Shown here piece after piece: positions 17,262 to 26,710 of a stretch of DNA of 64,000 nucleotides (within the stretch, counting starts at the first letter, position 1; each line of letters opens with the position of its first letter). The position numbers and the translations under genes are program-made. The stretch lies in the IMG/VR virus record IMGVR_UViG_3300020469_000015. One strand, 5' to 3'. The DNA comes from an uncultured virus (IMG/VR IMGVR_UViG_3300020469_000015) (Duplodnaviria > Heunggongvirae > Uroviricota > Caudoviricetes). The notes under the pieces were generated by a model, which had not been told where the DNA came from, made no database searches, and saw only the letters and a list, made by a program, of their open reading frames with translations.

Positions 17262-19564
17262 CTTTCACAGTATTCCTCATAAGCTTCATCACTTTGAAAC
17301 TCATTTCTTGTTTTTAATTCTTGTTCTGGACCACCAATACTGTGTTGTGGTTCATCACTATCACTTTTACTATCATATGTATTTTGATAATAACTTGTTT
17401 TCCATCCTAATTTATATGTAGTCAACAAATCTTTTGCCATTACAGAAATAGGCACTTCATTACCTTCAAACTGTTCTGGATTATAAGACCAGTTACCTGA
17501 TATTGCTTGGTCAAAGTATTTCTGCATTACTGCAACGACATTGATATAACCTTCGTTGCCTTGCATATCCCAAAGTAGGGTATAGAAGTTTTTGATATTA
17601 GGATATCCTGGTACTATTTGTTTGAGTGGACCTTTTTTACTTTTCTTAATAGACAAGTAGTCTCTTGGCGGTTCAATACCATTTGTTTCATTTGACACCA
17701 CAGACGAACTTTCACTAGGCATTTGTGCTGACAATGTTGAGTGACGTAATCCGTGTTCTTTGATATCCTTTCTAAGAGCAGACCAATCATAACTCAGCTT
17801 TCTTTTGACAATAGTATCAACATCTTTCTTATAAGTGTCAATAGGTAGTATACCATCTGAATATTTAGTTTTATTAAAGTATTCACATGGTCCTTTCTCT
17901 TTGGCAATCTCATTGGATGCTTTGAGTAGATAGTATTGAAATGCCTCAGTAAACTCGTCCACCATTCTCCAGGCGTCTTTTGAAGCATAAGAAACCTTGT
18001 TTTTTGCTAAGAAATGAGCAAGACCAATATAACCAATACCTAATGAACGTCTTGCTTTTGTACTTCTTTCTGCCGCTAAAACAGGATAATTTTGATGGTC
18101 AATAATTTCTTCTAACCCTCTTACAGATAAATCACAAAGGTTTTCTAATTCTTCTTTATCATTGATTGCACCCATATTAATAGCAGATAGAATACACAAT
18201 GCAATCTCACCTGCACCATCTATATGTTCAATAGGGTCTGTTGGTAATGTAATCTCTTGGCATAGATTAGACATGTTTACTTTATCTTTAAAAGATGAAT
18301 GAGAATTAGCATGGTCAATGTTCATAATATAGATACGACCTGTTTCTGCTCTTTCTTTTAAGATTGCACCAAATAACTCTTGTGCCTTTACTTTATGTTT
18401 CTTCACACTTGTTTTTCTTTCATACATCATATACATTTCGTCAAACTCATCTGTACCAAATGCGTCATATAGACCTGGTACTTCGTGTGGAGAAAATAAA
18501 CTTATGTCTTCGTTGTTAATAAATCTTTCGTAAAATAGTTTTGATATCTGTATAGAGTAATCTAACTTTCTAACTCTATTATCTTCCGTACCTTTATTGT
18601 TTTTTAAAACAAGTATATCTTCTATTTCTTGGTGCCAGATAGGAAAGTGTACAGTCGCTGACCCTCCTCTAACACCATTTTGTGTACAACACTTGACCGT
18701 TGCTTCAAACTTTTTAAGGAATGGGACAACGCCGGTGTGTTGAACTTCGCCGCCACGGATACGACTATTAATTCCCCTAATTCTGCCAGCATTGATACCA
18801 ATGCCAGCCCTTTGAGCAACATAACGCCCAATAGCCATATCGCTAGAGAAGATACTAGGAAGAGTATCATTAACGTCCACAAGGACACAACTAGCATACT
18901 GGCGGATAGGAGTCCTAACGCCTGCCATAACCGGTGTAGGAATATTGATAAGGTGGGTTGATATTGCGTTATAATATTTTTTAACATAATTCATCCTTTT
19001 GTCTTTTGAGTAATTTCTGAATAATGTAGCACTAATCATCATATACATGAATTGTGGTGTTTCAAATATTTGTCCTGAACTTCTATCTTGTACAAGGTAC
19101 TTGTCAAGCACTTGTCTCATACCTGCATATGAAAATAAGTAATCTCTTTCATGTTTGAGTAAACCATTCATCTGGTCAACTTCTTCTTTACTATACCATT
19201 TTAAAATATCAGGATCATATACACCTTGTTCTATACATGTTTCAATATGTTTTTGTAAGTGTGGTAGTTCCCATAGTCTATGATATAAAGATTTTCTTAA
19301 ACTGAATAGTAATAATCTAGCAGCAACGTATTGATAATTAGGATTTTCTAATGTAATTAAATCACTAGCAGACTTAATTAAAATTTGTTGTATATCATCT
19401 GTATTAATACCGTCATAGAATTGTATACCACTATTCATTTCTACTAAACTTTCAGATACACCTGCTAAGTCTTTACAGGCATAACCTACCATAGAGTGTA
19501 TTTTCTCTAAGTTAAGAGGTTCTGTTCCTCTACCATTTCTTTTTTTGACGTTAATTTGGGACAA
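17249..19564 (-). CDS. nrdA: ribonucleotide reductase class Ia, alpha subunit (ATP cone; TTG start)
   Basis: VKKRNG ATP cone, PTPVMAG, SCVL, SNLCQEI, MPSESSS, C-terminal CESC. Confidence 0.97.
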   Translation of the reverse strand: MSQINVKKRNGRGTEPLNLEKIHSMVGYACKDLAGVSESLVEMNSGIQFYDGINTDDIQQILIKSASDLITLENPNYQYVAARLLLFSLRKSLYHRLWELPHLQKHIETCIEQGVYDPDILKWYSKEEVDQMNGLLKHERDYLFSYAGMRQVLDKYLVQDRSSGQIFETPQFMYMMISATLFRNYSKDKRMNYVKKYYNAISTHLINIPTPVMAGVRTPIRQYASCVLVDVNDTLPSIFSSDMAIGRYVAQRAGIGINAGRIRGINSRIRGGEVQHTGVVPFLKKFEATVKCCTQNGVRGGSATVHFPIWHQEIEDILVLKNNKGTEDNRVRKLDYSIQISKLFYERFINNEDISLFSPHEVPGLYDAFGTDEFDEMYMMYERKTSVKKHKVKAQELFGAILKERAETGRIYIMNIDHANSHSSFKDKVNMSNLCQEITLPTDPIEHIDGAGEIALCILSAINMGAINDKEELENLCDLSVRGLEEIIDHQNYPVLAAERSTKARRSLGIGYIGLAHFLAKNKVSYASKDAWRMVDEFTEAFQYYLLKASNEIAKEKGPCEYFNKTKYSDGILPIDTYKKDVDTIVKRKLSYDWSALRKDIKEHGLRHSTLSAQMPSESSSVVSNETNGIEPPRDYLSIKKSKKGPLKQIVPGYPNIKNFYTLLWDMQGNEGYINVVAVMQKYFDQAISGNWSYNPEQFEGNEVPISVMAKDLLTTYKLGWKTSYYQNTYDSKSDSDEPQHSIGGPEQELKTRNEFQSDEAYEEYCESCAI
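18622..18987 (-). CDS. putative overprinted membrane protein (121 aa) in the +1 frame of nrdA
   Basis: AAGGA SD 6 nt before ATG; nrdA codons locally avoid NTA-purine and use atypical GGC/AGG/CTT; about 60-residue hydrophobic core. Confidence 0.6.
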   Translation of the reverse strand: MLKNIITQYQPTLSIFLHRLWQALGLLSASMLVVSLWTLMILFLVSSLAIWLLGVMLLKGLALVSMLAELGELIVVSVAAKFNTPALSHSLKSLKQRSSVVHKMVLEEGQRLYTFLSGTKK

Positions 19565-19565
19565 T

Positions 19566-20558
19566 CTATACCTCTTTCCAGTTGTTAAGTTGTTGTTGTG
19601 CTGATAATTTTGAAAATGTATTACTACTTATAATCTTTTCTATTTCAGGAGCAGAAATATTTTCACATATTAAATCGTTGATATCTTTAACTTTTATATT
19701 TTTCGGCCATATAAACACTTGATAATTCTTCTCAATTAATTTTTGCATTTTTTTTATTATTTCTATACTTCTTGGTTCATTATCAAAGATATACACAGCT
19801 TTGTTTTTTAACTGTTTCATTTCTAAATCACTACCTGCAACTGCAATGGCATTTTTTAAAAACATACTATCTATTGGACCTTCTACAATCTTTACTTGTT
19901 CATTCATATTCAATCTATCTAATCCATATATACGTCTTTTGTTTTCTTCTAGTTTAATAGTTATGTACTTAGGTTCTTCAATGCCAAAGGCACGTCCTTG
20001 AAAAGCAAAGACATTACCTTTGACATCATAGAAAGGGATAACTACTCTTGGATGGTCGTTCTTTATGGTTGGAAACTTATTTGGTATTAATGTATTAACC
20101 CATGTCATAAACTTATGACAGAAATAAAATTTATCTTTATGTTCGTCTAGTTTTCTTTTTGTAATAAAACCTAGTGCTGGGTGACCTTCTGGTAAATCTG
20201 TAAACTTAATTAAATCTTTTAACTTCTTATCGTCAAACTTCACAGGTTTAAATTCAAAGTCAGGTTCTTTTACTGAAGCAGTATTACCTGATTTATATTT
20301 TTCAACAATGTATTGTTTGTAAGTAGTAGGGTCTAAGTATTCTAATAACTTAGCAATAGTTGTACCTTTACCACAGTTATGGCATTTGTAGAACATATCA
20401 TTTTTTACTCTATAAATGTATGCTCTTGCCTTTGTTTTTTTCTTTTGACTATCTCCACAATAGACACATCTAAAATTATATAAGTTTTGAGACTTCTTTT
20501 TAAACCTGTCTAGTTTGTGGGAGATTGTGTGTATATACTGAATATCTAATGCCGACAT
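19566..20558 (-). CDS. 61: DNA primase (gp61)
   Basis: RCVYCGDS..KCHNC zinc finger; FQGR; VEGPIDS TOPRIM; FDNEPR. Confidence 0.96.
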   Translation of the reverse strand: MSALDIQYIHTISHKLDRFKKKSQNLYNFRCVYCGDSQKKKTKARAYIYRVKNDMFYKCHNCGKGTTIAKLLEYLDPTTYKQYIVEKYKSGNTASVKEPDFEFKPVKFDDKKLKDLIKFTDLPEGHPALGFITKRKLDEHKDKFYFCHKFMTWVNTLIPNKFPTIKNDHPRVVIPFYDVKGNVFAFQGRAFGIEEPKYITIKLEENKRRIYGLDRLNMNEQVKIVEGPIDSMFLKNAIAVAGSDLEMKQLKNKAVYIFDNEPRSIEIIKKMQKLIEKNYQVFIWPKNIKVKDINDLICENISAPEIEKIISSNTFSKLSAQQQLNNWKEV

Positions 20559-20569
20559 AATAATTATAT

Positions 20570-20598
20570 ATTATATCACAATACAGCAAAAAAGTCAA
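20570..20598 (-). promoter_or_regulatory. sigma70-type promoter TTGACT-17-TATAAT with extended TG
   Basis: Consensus match; g61 ATG is 11 nt downstream of the -10. Confidence 0.85.
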
Positions 20599-20601
20599 GC
20601 T

Positions 20602-20790
20602 TTAATCTTTACTTTTTTTGTTGATAAAGATAGTGTTCCAGTTCCGCTTTCCAGTGCTTTCCAAATTCTGTCCTAAAATAACGGACGATATTTGGATCCA
20701 CATTATCGTAATAAGCGCCACTAGAGTTAGTGGTAAAAGTAAGTGAGTTAAAAAATTGTCGTATGAGTTGTACCATTTGTGTCCTTTCAT
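20602..20790 (-). CDS. alternative-frame single-TM ORF (62 aa, MKGHKWYN...)
   Basis: Open over the whole of the 55-aa ORF; ATG directly after a TATAGT -10-like box. Confidence 0.35.
   Translation of the reverse strand: MKGHKWYNSYDNFLTHLLLPLTLVALITIMWIQISSVILGQNLESTGKRNWNTIFINKKSKD
20609..20776 (-). CDS. small protein (55 aa, MVQLIRQFF...VRYFRTEFGKHWKAELEHYLYQQKK)
   Basis: Manual translation; strong SD GAAAGGA 5 nt upstream; overlapped in another frame by 20602..20790. Confidence 0.65.
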   Translation of the reverse strand: MVQLIRQFFNSLTFTTNSSGAYYDNVDPNIVRYFRTEFGKHWKAELEHYLYQQKK

Positions 20791-20863
20791 AATACTATAT
20801 AACATATTTTCATATGTTTTTCAAGCATAAAGGACCACTAATGGGTATGACTTTATTGCATGT

Positions 20864-21286
20864 TTAAAATAATGAAAATTCCATTTTCTGCATAAGAAAT
20901 CCTAGAAGTATGGCGCCGCCAATAATCAACCAACGCCATTTCTCCAGAACGCCTACACGTTCATCTAATCGTCTATCTAGTTTATCAATTGCCTCTCGTA
21001 ATTCTCTGGATTGTGTGGAAATCCTAGAGTGTAAATGTTCTAAATCTTCGTTCCATTCTCGTCTTCTTTGTTCCATGAGGGACATTAAATCCTCTTGGGA
21101 CATATCAACACGTCTAATCTTTTCTTCTTGTACTGCTAACATACTTTTAAGACTAGATGAAATATCTGTTAGTTTTGAAATCGCTTCATCAAGTCTCATA
21201 TGTACTTGACTTGACGCTTCTTTATCTGCTTTAAGAGTTGCGATATCTTTTACTAACTCTTGTATCTGTTTGCCGTTATTCTCCAC
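20864..21286 (-). CDS. coiled-coil protein with C-terminal TM helix (XhlA/holin-like)
   Basis: Heptad pattern, then LEKWRWLIIGGAILLGFL; follows the spanin pair. Confidence 0.65.
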   Translation of the reverse strand: MENNGKQIQELVKDIATLKADKEASSQVHMRLDEAISKLTDISSSLKSMLAVQEEKIRRVDMSQEDLMSLMEQRRREWNEDLEHLHSRISTQSRELREAIDKLDRRLDERVGVLEKWRWLIIGGAILLGFLMQKMEFSLF

Positions 21287-21632
21287 CTTCGTAATACTCC
21301 TGATAAGATATGATTATTTGTCTTTGCATAGCAAGTGCTGTTCGTATATCAGCAATATTCAAAGCAAGTTGTTCATAACCCTTGTCAGTCAAGGCGAATA
21401 AAGCATAGTCATTACCATCTGCTTTTAGTTGTTCAAAAACTTCTTCAGCATTGTCTTTAGTTATAATAACCCATTTTACATCCTGTAATTCTAAAGGGGA
21501 TAGGGCAGGTAAAGATAACGGCTCCTTTTTTTTTTCTACCTTATAAGTAGATATCTCTTTTACTGCAGCTGCACAATTAGTCAGTAACAGTATCAGGCCA
21601 AAAAGAAGGACACTCTTTGTTAGGTTTACCAT
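21276..21632 (-). CDS. o-spanin-like lipoprotein
   Basis: Lipobox LLTNC; overlaps the 3' end of the i-spanin-like gene. Confidence 0.65.
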   Translation of the reverse strand: MVNLTKSVLLFGLILLLTNCAAAVKEISTYKVEKKKEPLSLPALSPLELQDVKWVIITKDNAEEVFEQLKADGNDYALFALTDKGYEQLALNIADIRTALAMQRQIIISYQEYYEGGE

Positions 21633-22026
21633 TTAATTCTTCCTCTGTTAAAGGTGACCCACTTGCAATCTCTATACATCTTAGAGCTTTCTTTGAAGCA
21701 CCGTTTATTATTTTTTCTACTAACTTAGGTTTGTTTTCTGCTAAGTTACCAATGTCGTGTTTACCTAGTCTTTTAGATAAATCGTTTTTGTCTTTTTCTA
21801 ATTTTTCTTTTTCTTTTTGTACTGTATCTAATGTACTTCGTATTTTTGCAAAGTCTTTGATTTGTTGGTCAATGACACCTTTTTGGTCTTCAACTGCTGT
21901 CTCTAACTTTGCTTGATTAAGTTTTAGTATATCATTATCTTTTTGTAGTTTCTTTACATATAGAAAACCACCACCTGCACCTGCAAGCATTAATAAAATC
22001 AAACCTATTTTCAAACTACTAAACAT
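21577..22026 (-). CDS. i-spanin-like protein
   Basis: N-terminal TM, long coiled coil, C-terminal Cys pair. Confidence 0.68.
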   Translation of the reverse strand: MFSSLKIGLILLMLAGAGGGFLYVKKLQKDNDILKLNQAKLETAVEDQKGVIDQQIKDFAKIRSTLDTVQKEKEKLEKDKNDLSKRLGKHDIGNLAENKPKLVEKIINGASKKALRCIEIASGSPLTEEELNGKPNKECPSFWPDTVTD

Positions 22027-22044
22027 TATTTTTTATTTACCTTA

Positions 22045-22647
22045 CTAAATCTTAGCGTTAACTTTACGGTGTTTATTCCACGCCATAAAACCACCTAGTC
22101 TTAATGACCAGTATGCTAAGTAATTCATAAGAAAGAAACCATTAATCTCTATATTAATATCTCTAAAGATTTGGTCTGCTTTCTTTTGTGTAACAGGTAC
22201 ACCCTCATTTTTTAGATTTGGGTCCATGTAATTTTTGTTGTTTATTAATTGTGCTTCATACTTGTACATATAATCGTGTACAAGTCCACCCATTAATAAT
22301 ACACCTACTGGTGACAAAAATGTATGTAAGAATTTTGGTATACTCGCACCATCAAATTTAAAACCTGCTGGTATAACATATTGTGATCCACCTACTGAGT
22401 AGTTAAAATCTTTTACAATTTCCCATTGTCTAGTACCTAATAACCACATTAATATACCTTTCCAAAAACCTTTACCTTTTGTTTTAATTGGTATTGGTTT
22501 CATATGAGGAAATTCTGTATATTTAAAACCTATTCTATTAGTGTTATCTTTTTTATCTAATAGGTTAACAATAAAACCTATTATGATTAGTGTAATCAAT
22601 ATTGACCATTGCCAAAATTTCATTGCTAAAGCTATTAATAATTCCAT
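22045..22647 (-). CDS. DUF1353-like membrane protein
   Basis: IPAGFKFDGASIP, VHDYMY, ADQIF motifs. Confidence 0.75.
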   Translation of the reverse strand: MELLIALAMKFWQWSILITLIIIGFIVNLLDKKDNTNRIGFKYTEFPHMKPIPIKTKGKGFWKGILMWLLGTRQWEIVKDFNYSVGGSQYVIPAGFKFDGASIPKFLHTFLSPVGVLLMGGLVHDYMYKYEAQLINNKNYMDPNLKNEGVPVTQKKADQIFRDINIEINGFFLMNYLAYWSLRLGGFMAWNKHRKVNAKI

Positions 22648-22648
22648 G

Positions 22649-23725
22649 TTAGTCCCTTTTCTTTTTTGCTATTAAATTCATTTGTGGTTTGTATGTGTTC
22701 ATACCAGGACCTACTGCCGTTTCTTTTTTCTTTTTCTTACTTGCATTTAAAGCATAAGCAGGTCTGCTTCGTGGTGATTTCATATTGCCTATATCAGCAA
22801 TAGGTCTTGCCAGACCTTGTGGTTCACCATACGTAGCTATTTCATAACACATATTTTTTAAACTTTTAAGACCCATTTGATTAAAGTTTAACATCTTTGT
22901 AAACTTCTCTTTTAGGTCGTCTCTTAATTCATTATATACTTTTAGTAATATACTTGCTTCTTCTGGAAATACTCTCATACTTCCATACTTGTCAAAATTA
23001 ATCTTTTGTCTTTCATTCTTTAAAACTATATCTTTTAAAATATTGATATTGTTTTCGTTAGCAATTGCTGGTGTTTCATACAATTGATTTTCTATCTTTG
23101 AATTAAAGTCTTCGTTTTGTAGACCTAAGTTTTCAATACTAGATTTAATCTGTTGTATCATTTTACCATATTGTTTACTTTCAATACCATTTTTTGCTTT
23201 TGCCATTTTCATAGCAGTTGCATACATAACTTTTTTAGCGTCTTTACCATATCTCTTAGCAAAGTCTGCTTTTTTCTTTTTTAAATCTTTTACTATTTCT
23301 TCAGCGTCATCTAATACTGCTTTAGGCATATCTTTATCTTCACCTACAATACCACGACTTAGTTTGTGCCATTGTCCACCACCCATTCTATTATGTCTGA
23401 TTGCTCTTACTTCACCTGTTACAGCATTTTGTAAGATAATGACACCGTGATGATTTTTGATTGCCCAACTGTATAATGCTCTTTGACTTTCATCTTCTAA
23501 GTTTAGATACTTAGACCATTTTTCAAACTTCTTCTTACCTCGTCTGAACATATCAAAGACTTGTGGAGATACACTAAATGTTTTTTTCTTTTTAACAACT
23601 TTTCTAGCAGTAGGTGGCATAGAAACTGCACCGTCACCTGCAACATTAGCAATCTCGTTTTGTTTGCCTTCTAATTTTATTTTTAACGCCGTTAACTGAG
23701 CATTGAAGTCTGAAAAATTTTTCAT
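22649..23725 (-). CDS. probable virion internal protein
   Basis: MKNFSDF N-terminus; FAKRYGKDAKKVMYATAMKMAK module; late region. Confidence 0.7.
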   Translation of the reverse strand: MKNFSDFNAQLTALKIKLEGKQNEIANVAGDGAVSMPPTARKVVKKKKTFSVSPQVFDMFRRGKKKFEKWSKYLNLEDESQRALYSWAIKNHHGVIILQNAVTGEVRAIRHNRMGGGQWHKLSRGIVGEDKDMPKAVLDDAEEIVKDLKKKKADFAKRYGKDAKKVMYATAMKMAKAKNGIESKQYGKMIQQIKSSIENLGLQNEDFNSKIENQLYETPAIANENNINILKDIVLKNERQKINFDKYGSMRVFPEEASILLKVYNELRDDLKEKFTKMLNFNQMGLKSLKNMCYEIATYGEPQGLARPIADIGNMKSPRSRPAYALNASKKKKKETAVGPGMNTYKPQMNLIAKKKRD

Positions 23726-24093
23726 TATTGTCCACCCATTTGTTTACGTCTTGCTTGTTCTTTTTGTCGTATCTTAGGGATTAGTTTTAGTGTGATAGTT
23801 TTAATTCTACCTGCCATCTTCTTTAATCTTTTTTCAATCTCTGTTCTTTTTGTAATTGTCATATCACTTTTATCCATACCTTTAGTAAATTTTTTAATCA
23901 ACATATTCTTTGCCTGTTTAGTGGCACGTTTCTTTAAAATATCTGGAGTTGCCATTCTTTTCATGGCACGTTTTCTTGCGATAACCATACGTTTCGCCAT
24001 ACGTCTCATTCTAATTGACTTCTTTCTTCTAGCAGCCATGTCCATTGCTTCTACAACTTCTGGACCTTTTTTAAATTTTGCGTATGTTTTCAT
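23725..24093 (-). CDS. highly basic protein, prohead core/internal-protein-like
   Basis: MKTYAKF...VVE then K/R-rich helices. Confidence 0.7.
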   Translation of the reverse strand: MKTYAKFKKGPEVVEAMDMAARRKKSIRMRRMAKRMVIARKRAMKRMATPDILKKRATKQAKNMLIKKFTKGMDKSDMTITKRTEIEKRLKKMAGRIKTITLKLIPKIRQKEQARRKQMGGQ

Positions 24094-24695
24094 GCTTCTT
24101 CTATGTCTTCTATTGTTACTAGTAATACTTGTTTACTCTCATCATGTATCACTTCAAAAACATCTTGTCCCATAACATTATCTTTAGCAACTTGGTCTGC
24201 ATAAACAGAAACTTTGTCACCTTTTTTACCTATAATCTTGTCTTCTTCATCTGTACCCACACTTTGTATTAACTTGTAAGTACCTTTTAAAAGTTTATCA
24301 CCAAAAGCAACTTCTTCCTTAATCTCGTTATCTTCTTCTTCAAGTAAGTCATTGTCTTTTAAGTATTTATAAAATTCTTTTTCCAGCAGTTCTCCGTCAC
24401 TATCATTCATTTCAGCAACATGTTCTTTAATAAGAAATAGAGCGGCAGCATAACTCGCCAATCTGGACTTACCACCAGGAACTTTTTCAATCAATTTCTT
24501 TACATTGAAAACCAACCTGTGTAAAATAGTATATGCTTGCCTTTCTTCTATTCGCTCAAGTGTCTTGTACTTCTTTAAAACTTTACCTCTCTCATTAATA
24601 ATACCAAGTTTAAATGCCTCAGTTTTATTAAATGGTGTAACTAATAGTTTCAAAAAACGAAATGTAATAAAAGCGTCTATTGCTGTACTTGCCAT
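24090..24695 (-). CDS. conserved T4-like marine phage protein (probably structural)
   Basis: FRFLKLLVTPFNKTEAFKLGII...HRLVFNVKKL...SYAAALFLIKE. Confidence 0.8.
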   Translation of the reverse strand: MASTAIDAFITFRFLKLLVTPFNKTEAFKLGIINERGKVLKKYKTLERIEERQAYTILHRLVFNVKKLIEKVPGGKSRLASYAAALFLIKEHVAEMNDSDGELLEKEFYKYLKDNDLLEEEDNEIKEEVAFGDKLLKGTYKLIQSVGTDEEDKIIGKKGDKVSVYADQVAKDNVMGQDVFEVIHDESKQVLLVTIEDIEEA

Positions 24696-25061
24696 TTATA
24701 TTTTCCTTAATGCCTCTAATAAACTACCATCTAGTGAGATTTGTTTCAATTCATCTGCGGTCATATAATTTAGAAATATCAAAAATGTTTTCAACTGTGT
24801 CCAATAAATCTGGTCAATCTTAAAAAATAATAATACTTTAACTGCGTCTGGACCAAACACGTTTGCCAATACAATAATATGGTTCATAATCAATCGCTCT
24901 TTAATAACACCTGACTTACTGTATTTCTTAAACAGTCTTTTCAGATACTTAAATCGCTTCATATCATCATAAAATTCCTTCTCGCTTGTCGCTTGATGGT
25001 TTTCATAGTGTTTCAAAGCAAACAGTAGGACATTGTCCTTTGTTAAATTATCAAACCTCAT
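24696..25061 (-). CDS. conserved T4-like hypothetical protein
   Basis: EFYDDMKRFKYLKRLF...ERLIMNHII. Confidence 0.8.
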   Translation of the reverse strand: MRFDNLTKDNVLLFALKHYENHQATSEKEFYDDMKRFKYLKRLFKKYSKSGVIKERLIMNHIIVLANVFGPDAVKVLLFFKIDQIYWTQLKTFLIFLNYMTADELKQISLDGSLLEALRKI

Positions 25062-25070
25062 TATCTACGC

Positions 25071-25484
25071 TTATACTAATTCAGCGTAAACCTTTGTAGC
25101 TCCGTTTTCTAATGTCTCGTATTTAATTTTTAAATTTCTTTCAATACCGTCATCATTTTTAACTTCACTAGCAGGTTCTTCACCTGTTTTACCATATACA
25201 CCACCAAACTTAGATAGTGGAATACTTACTGTACCATTCTTCTCAACAAACTCTGGTAACTCACCAACCATTTCTACACCTAAACCGTGTAGTTTACTTC
25301 TTAAATGATTTACTGCTGCCATTGGATTAATATGTTCCATGCTCGCAATTGAACCTACAAAGTTATTAATTCTAGCAACAATTTGGTCACTAGTAATATC
25401 ATTAAGGTGCATATCACTTTCTGAAGGTGCGTTAACAGGAGTAGTTTTTTCGTTTACGTTTTGAAAATCTTTAAATGATTTCAT
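25071..25484 (-). CDS. probable virion internal protein
   Basis: MKSFKDFQNVNE N-terminus resembling the T4 IP capsid-targeting sequence. Confidence 0.7.
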   Translation of the reverse strand: MKSFKDFQNVNEKTTPVNAPSESDMHLNDITSDQIVARINNFVGSIASMEHINPMAAVNHLRSKLHGLGVEMVGELPEFVEKNGTVSIPLSKFGGVYGKTGEEPASEVKNDDGIERNLKIKYETLENGATKVYAELV

Positions 25485-25695
25485 CTAACATCTCCTTGTT
25501 TTCTACCAGGTCATCTCCCATGATTTCCTGAATTACTTTTTTAGTTTTCTTTTTCTTTTTGGAAGTTCTTTCTTCCTTATTAGCGATAGATTGTTGATAA
25601 GAAGTATCTAATTCTTTTTTCTCAGTCTCAATTGCGTCTGCCTTTTCGTAGTAAGGAACGCCACCAGCGCCATATCTAATCTTTTGTTCCGTCAT
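25471..25695 (-). CDS. hypothetical protein
   Basis: ORF with SD AGGAG. Confidence 0.7.
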   Translation of the reverse strand: MTEQKIRYGAGGVPYYEKADAIETEKKELDTSYQQSIANKEERTSKKKKKTKKVIQEIMGDDLVENKEMLDEII

Positions 25696-25870
25696 TCTTA
25701 TCTCCTTTTTCTTCCTCTAATAATTGTTGACAAACTTGTATCGCACCTTGAATTGCGTTTAAGTCTGCCTTTGCTTTCGTTAACAATTGTTCACCATTTT
25801 GTATCTGTTCAGATACTTTTAAACGATTGTCTTCTAAAACTTTTAATTTCGCCTCAATATTTTCTTTCAT
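25676..25870 (-). CDS. small coiled-coil protein
   Basis: ORF with SD GAGGA. Confidence 0.7.
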   Translation of the reverse strand: MKENIEAKLKVLEDNRLKVSEQIQNGEQLLTKAKADLNAIQGAIQVCQQLLEEEKGDKNDGTKD

Positions 25871-25887
25871 ATTATCCTCATGTTAAG

Positions 25888-25908
25888 AAAGGGCGCCGTA
25901 GCGCCCTC
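25888..25908 (-). terminator. intrinsic terminator-like hairpin
   Basis: GGGCGC-TACG-GCGCCC followed by TTTCTT. Confidence 0.7.
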
Positions 25909-25920
25909 ACTAATTAATTA

Positions 25921-26592
25921 TTACGCTATTGTACAACCAAAGTGTGAAATTAGTTGCCAGTTACCGTTAGTGAATAGTAAGAATGCTGTATCACCTACGT
26001 CATTGAAAGCGATTGTTGAACCACTTGCAAAGTTAGATGGAGTTACAGTACCTACACCACCGTCAGTTTTCATAACTAGGAACTTAATTTGTCCCTCAAC
26101 ACCGTCAGCAAATGTTAATGCGTTAGTACCTGTAGTTACGATTTCTGTAATAGCAGATACAACATCAATAGCACCTGCACCTGAAAGTGCTTGTGTTAAT
26201 CCAAAAACTGGAGTTGCGTTAATTTGTACGTTGTCAGCAGAAGCGTCAACAAGTAAAGCAGTAGAGTAAGAGTTTGTCTCTGCTCTTAAATCTGTTTGAC
26301 CTGAAGCTTCGTTAATTACAACTTCTCTGTTAGCACCATCAACTCTTAATGCTTCTTCGTCATCATTTGAAACGATAAAGTCACTATCAGTTGCGTTAGC
26401 GTTAATTGTTACATTAGCACTTGCACCTGGATTGATTGCTACAGCAGTTGGAACGTTTGCGAATAAACTCGCTACTGAGATTTTTTTGTTAATTGGTGTT
26501 CCTGATGGATCATCAATTACATGAAGTAAGTCAGCACTTGCTATGTTACCTGAACCCAGGTCAGTAAGTGCCGTTATTTTTTTGTCAGCCAT
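25921..26592 (-). CDS. virion structural/fibre-like protein
   Basis: [12 protein letters not shown]...DLLHVID N-terminus; beta-rich G/A/T/S composition. Confidence 0.75.
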   Translation of the reverse strand: MADKKITALTDLGSGNIASADLLHVIDDPSGTPINKKISVASLFANVPTAVAINPGASANVTINANATDSDFIVSNDDEEALRVDGANREVVINEASGQTDLRAETNSYSTALLVDASADNVQINATPVFGLTQALSGAGAIDVVSAITEIVTTGTNALTFADGVEGQIKFLVMKTDGGVGTVTPSNFASGSTIAFNDVGDTAFLLFTNGNWQLISHFGCTIA

Positions 26593-26710
26593 TTTTTTTT
26601 CTCCTTATATAAACCCGTTATGTATTTCGGGAATGCTACTAGCAGTACGCATATGCTTAACTGCTATCATTATGAGGGTACTAAGTGTACCCTCGTAATA
26701 ATCTTATTTA
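26593..26710 (-). promoter_or_regulatory. late promoter (TAAATA at 26705-26710) with a structured three-hairpin 5' leader
   Basis: GAGGGTAC/GTACCCTC, TAGCAGT/ACTGCTA and CCCG/CGGG stems before AAGGAG. Confidence 0.55.
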
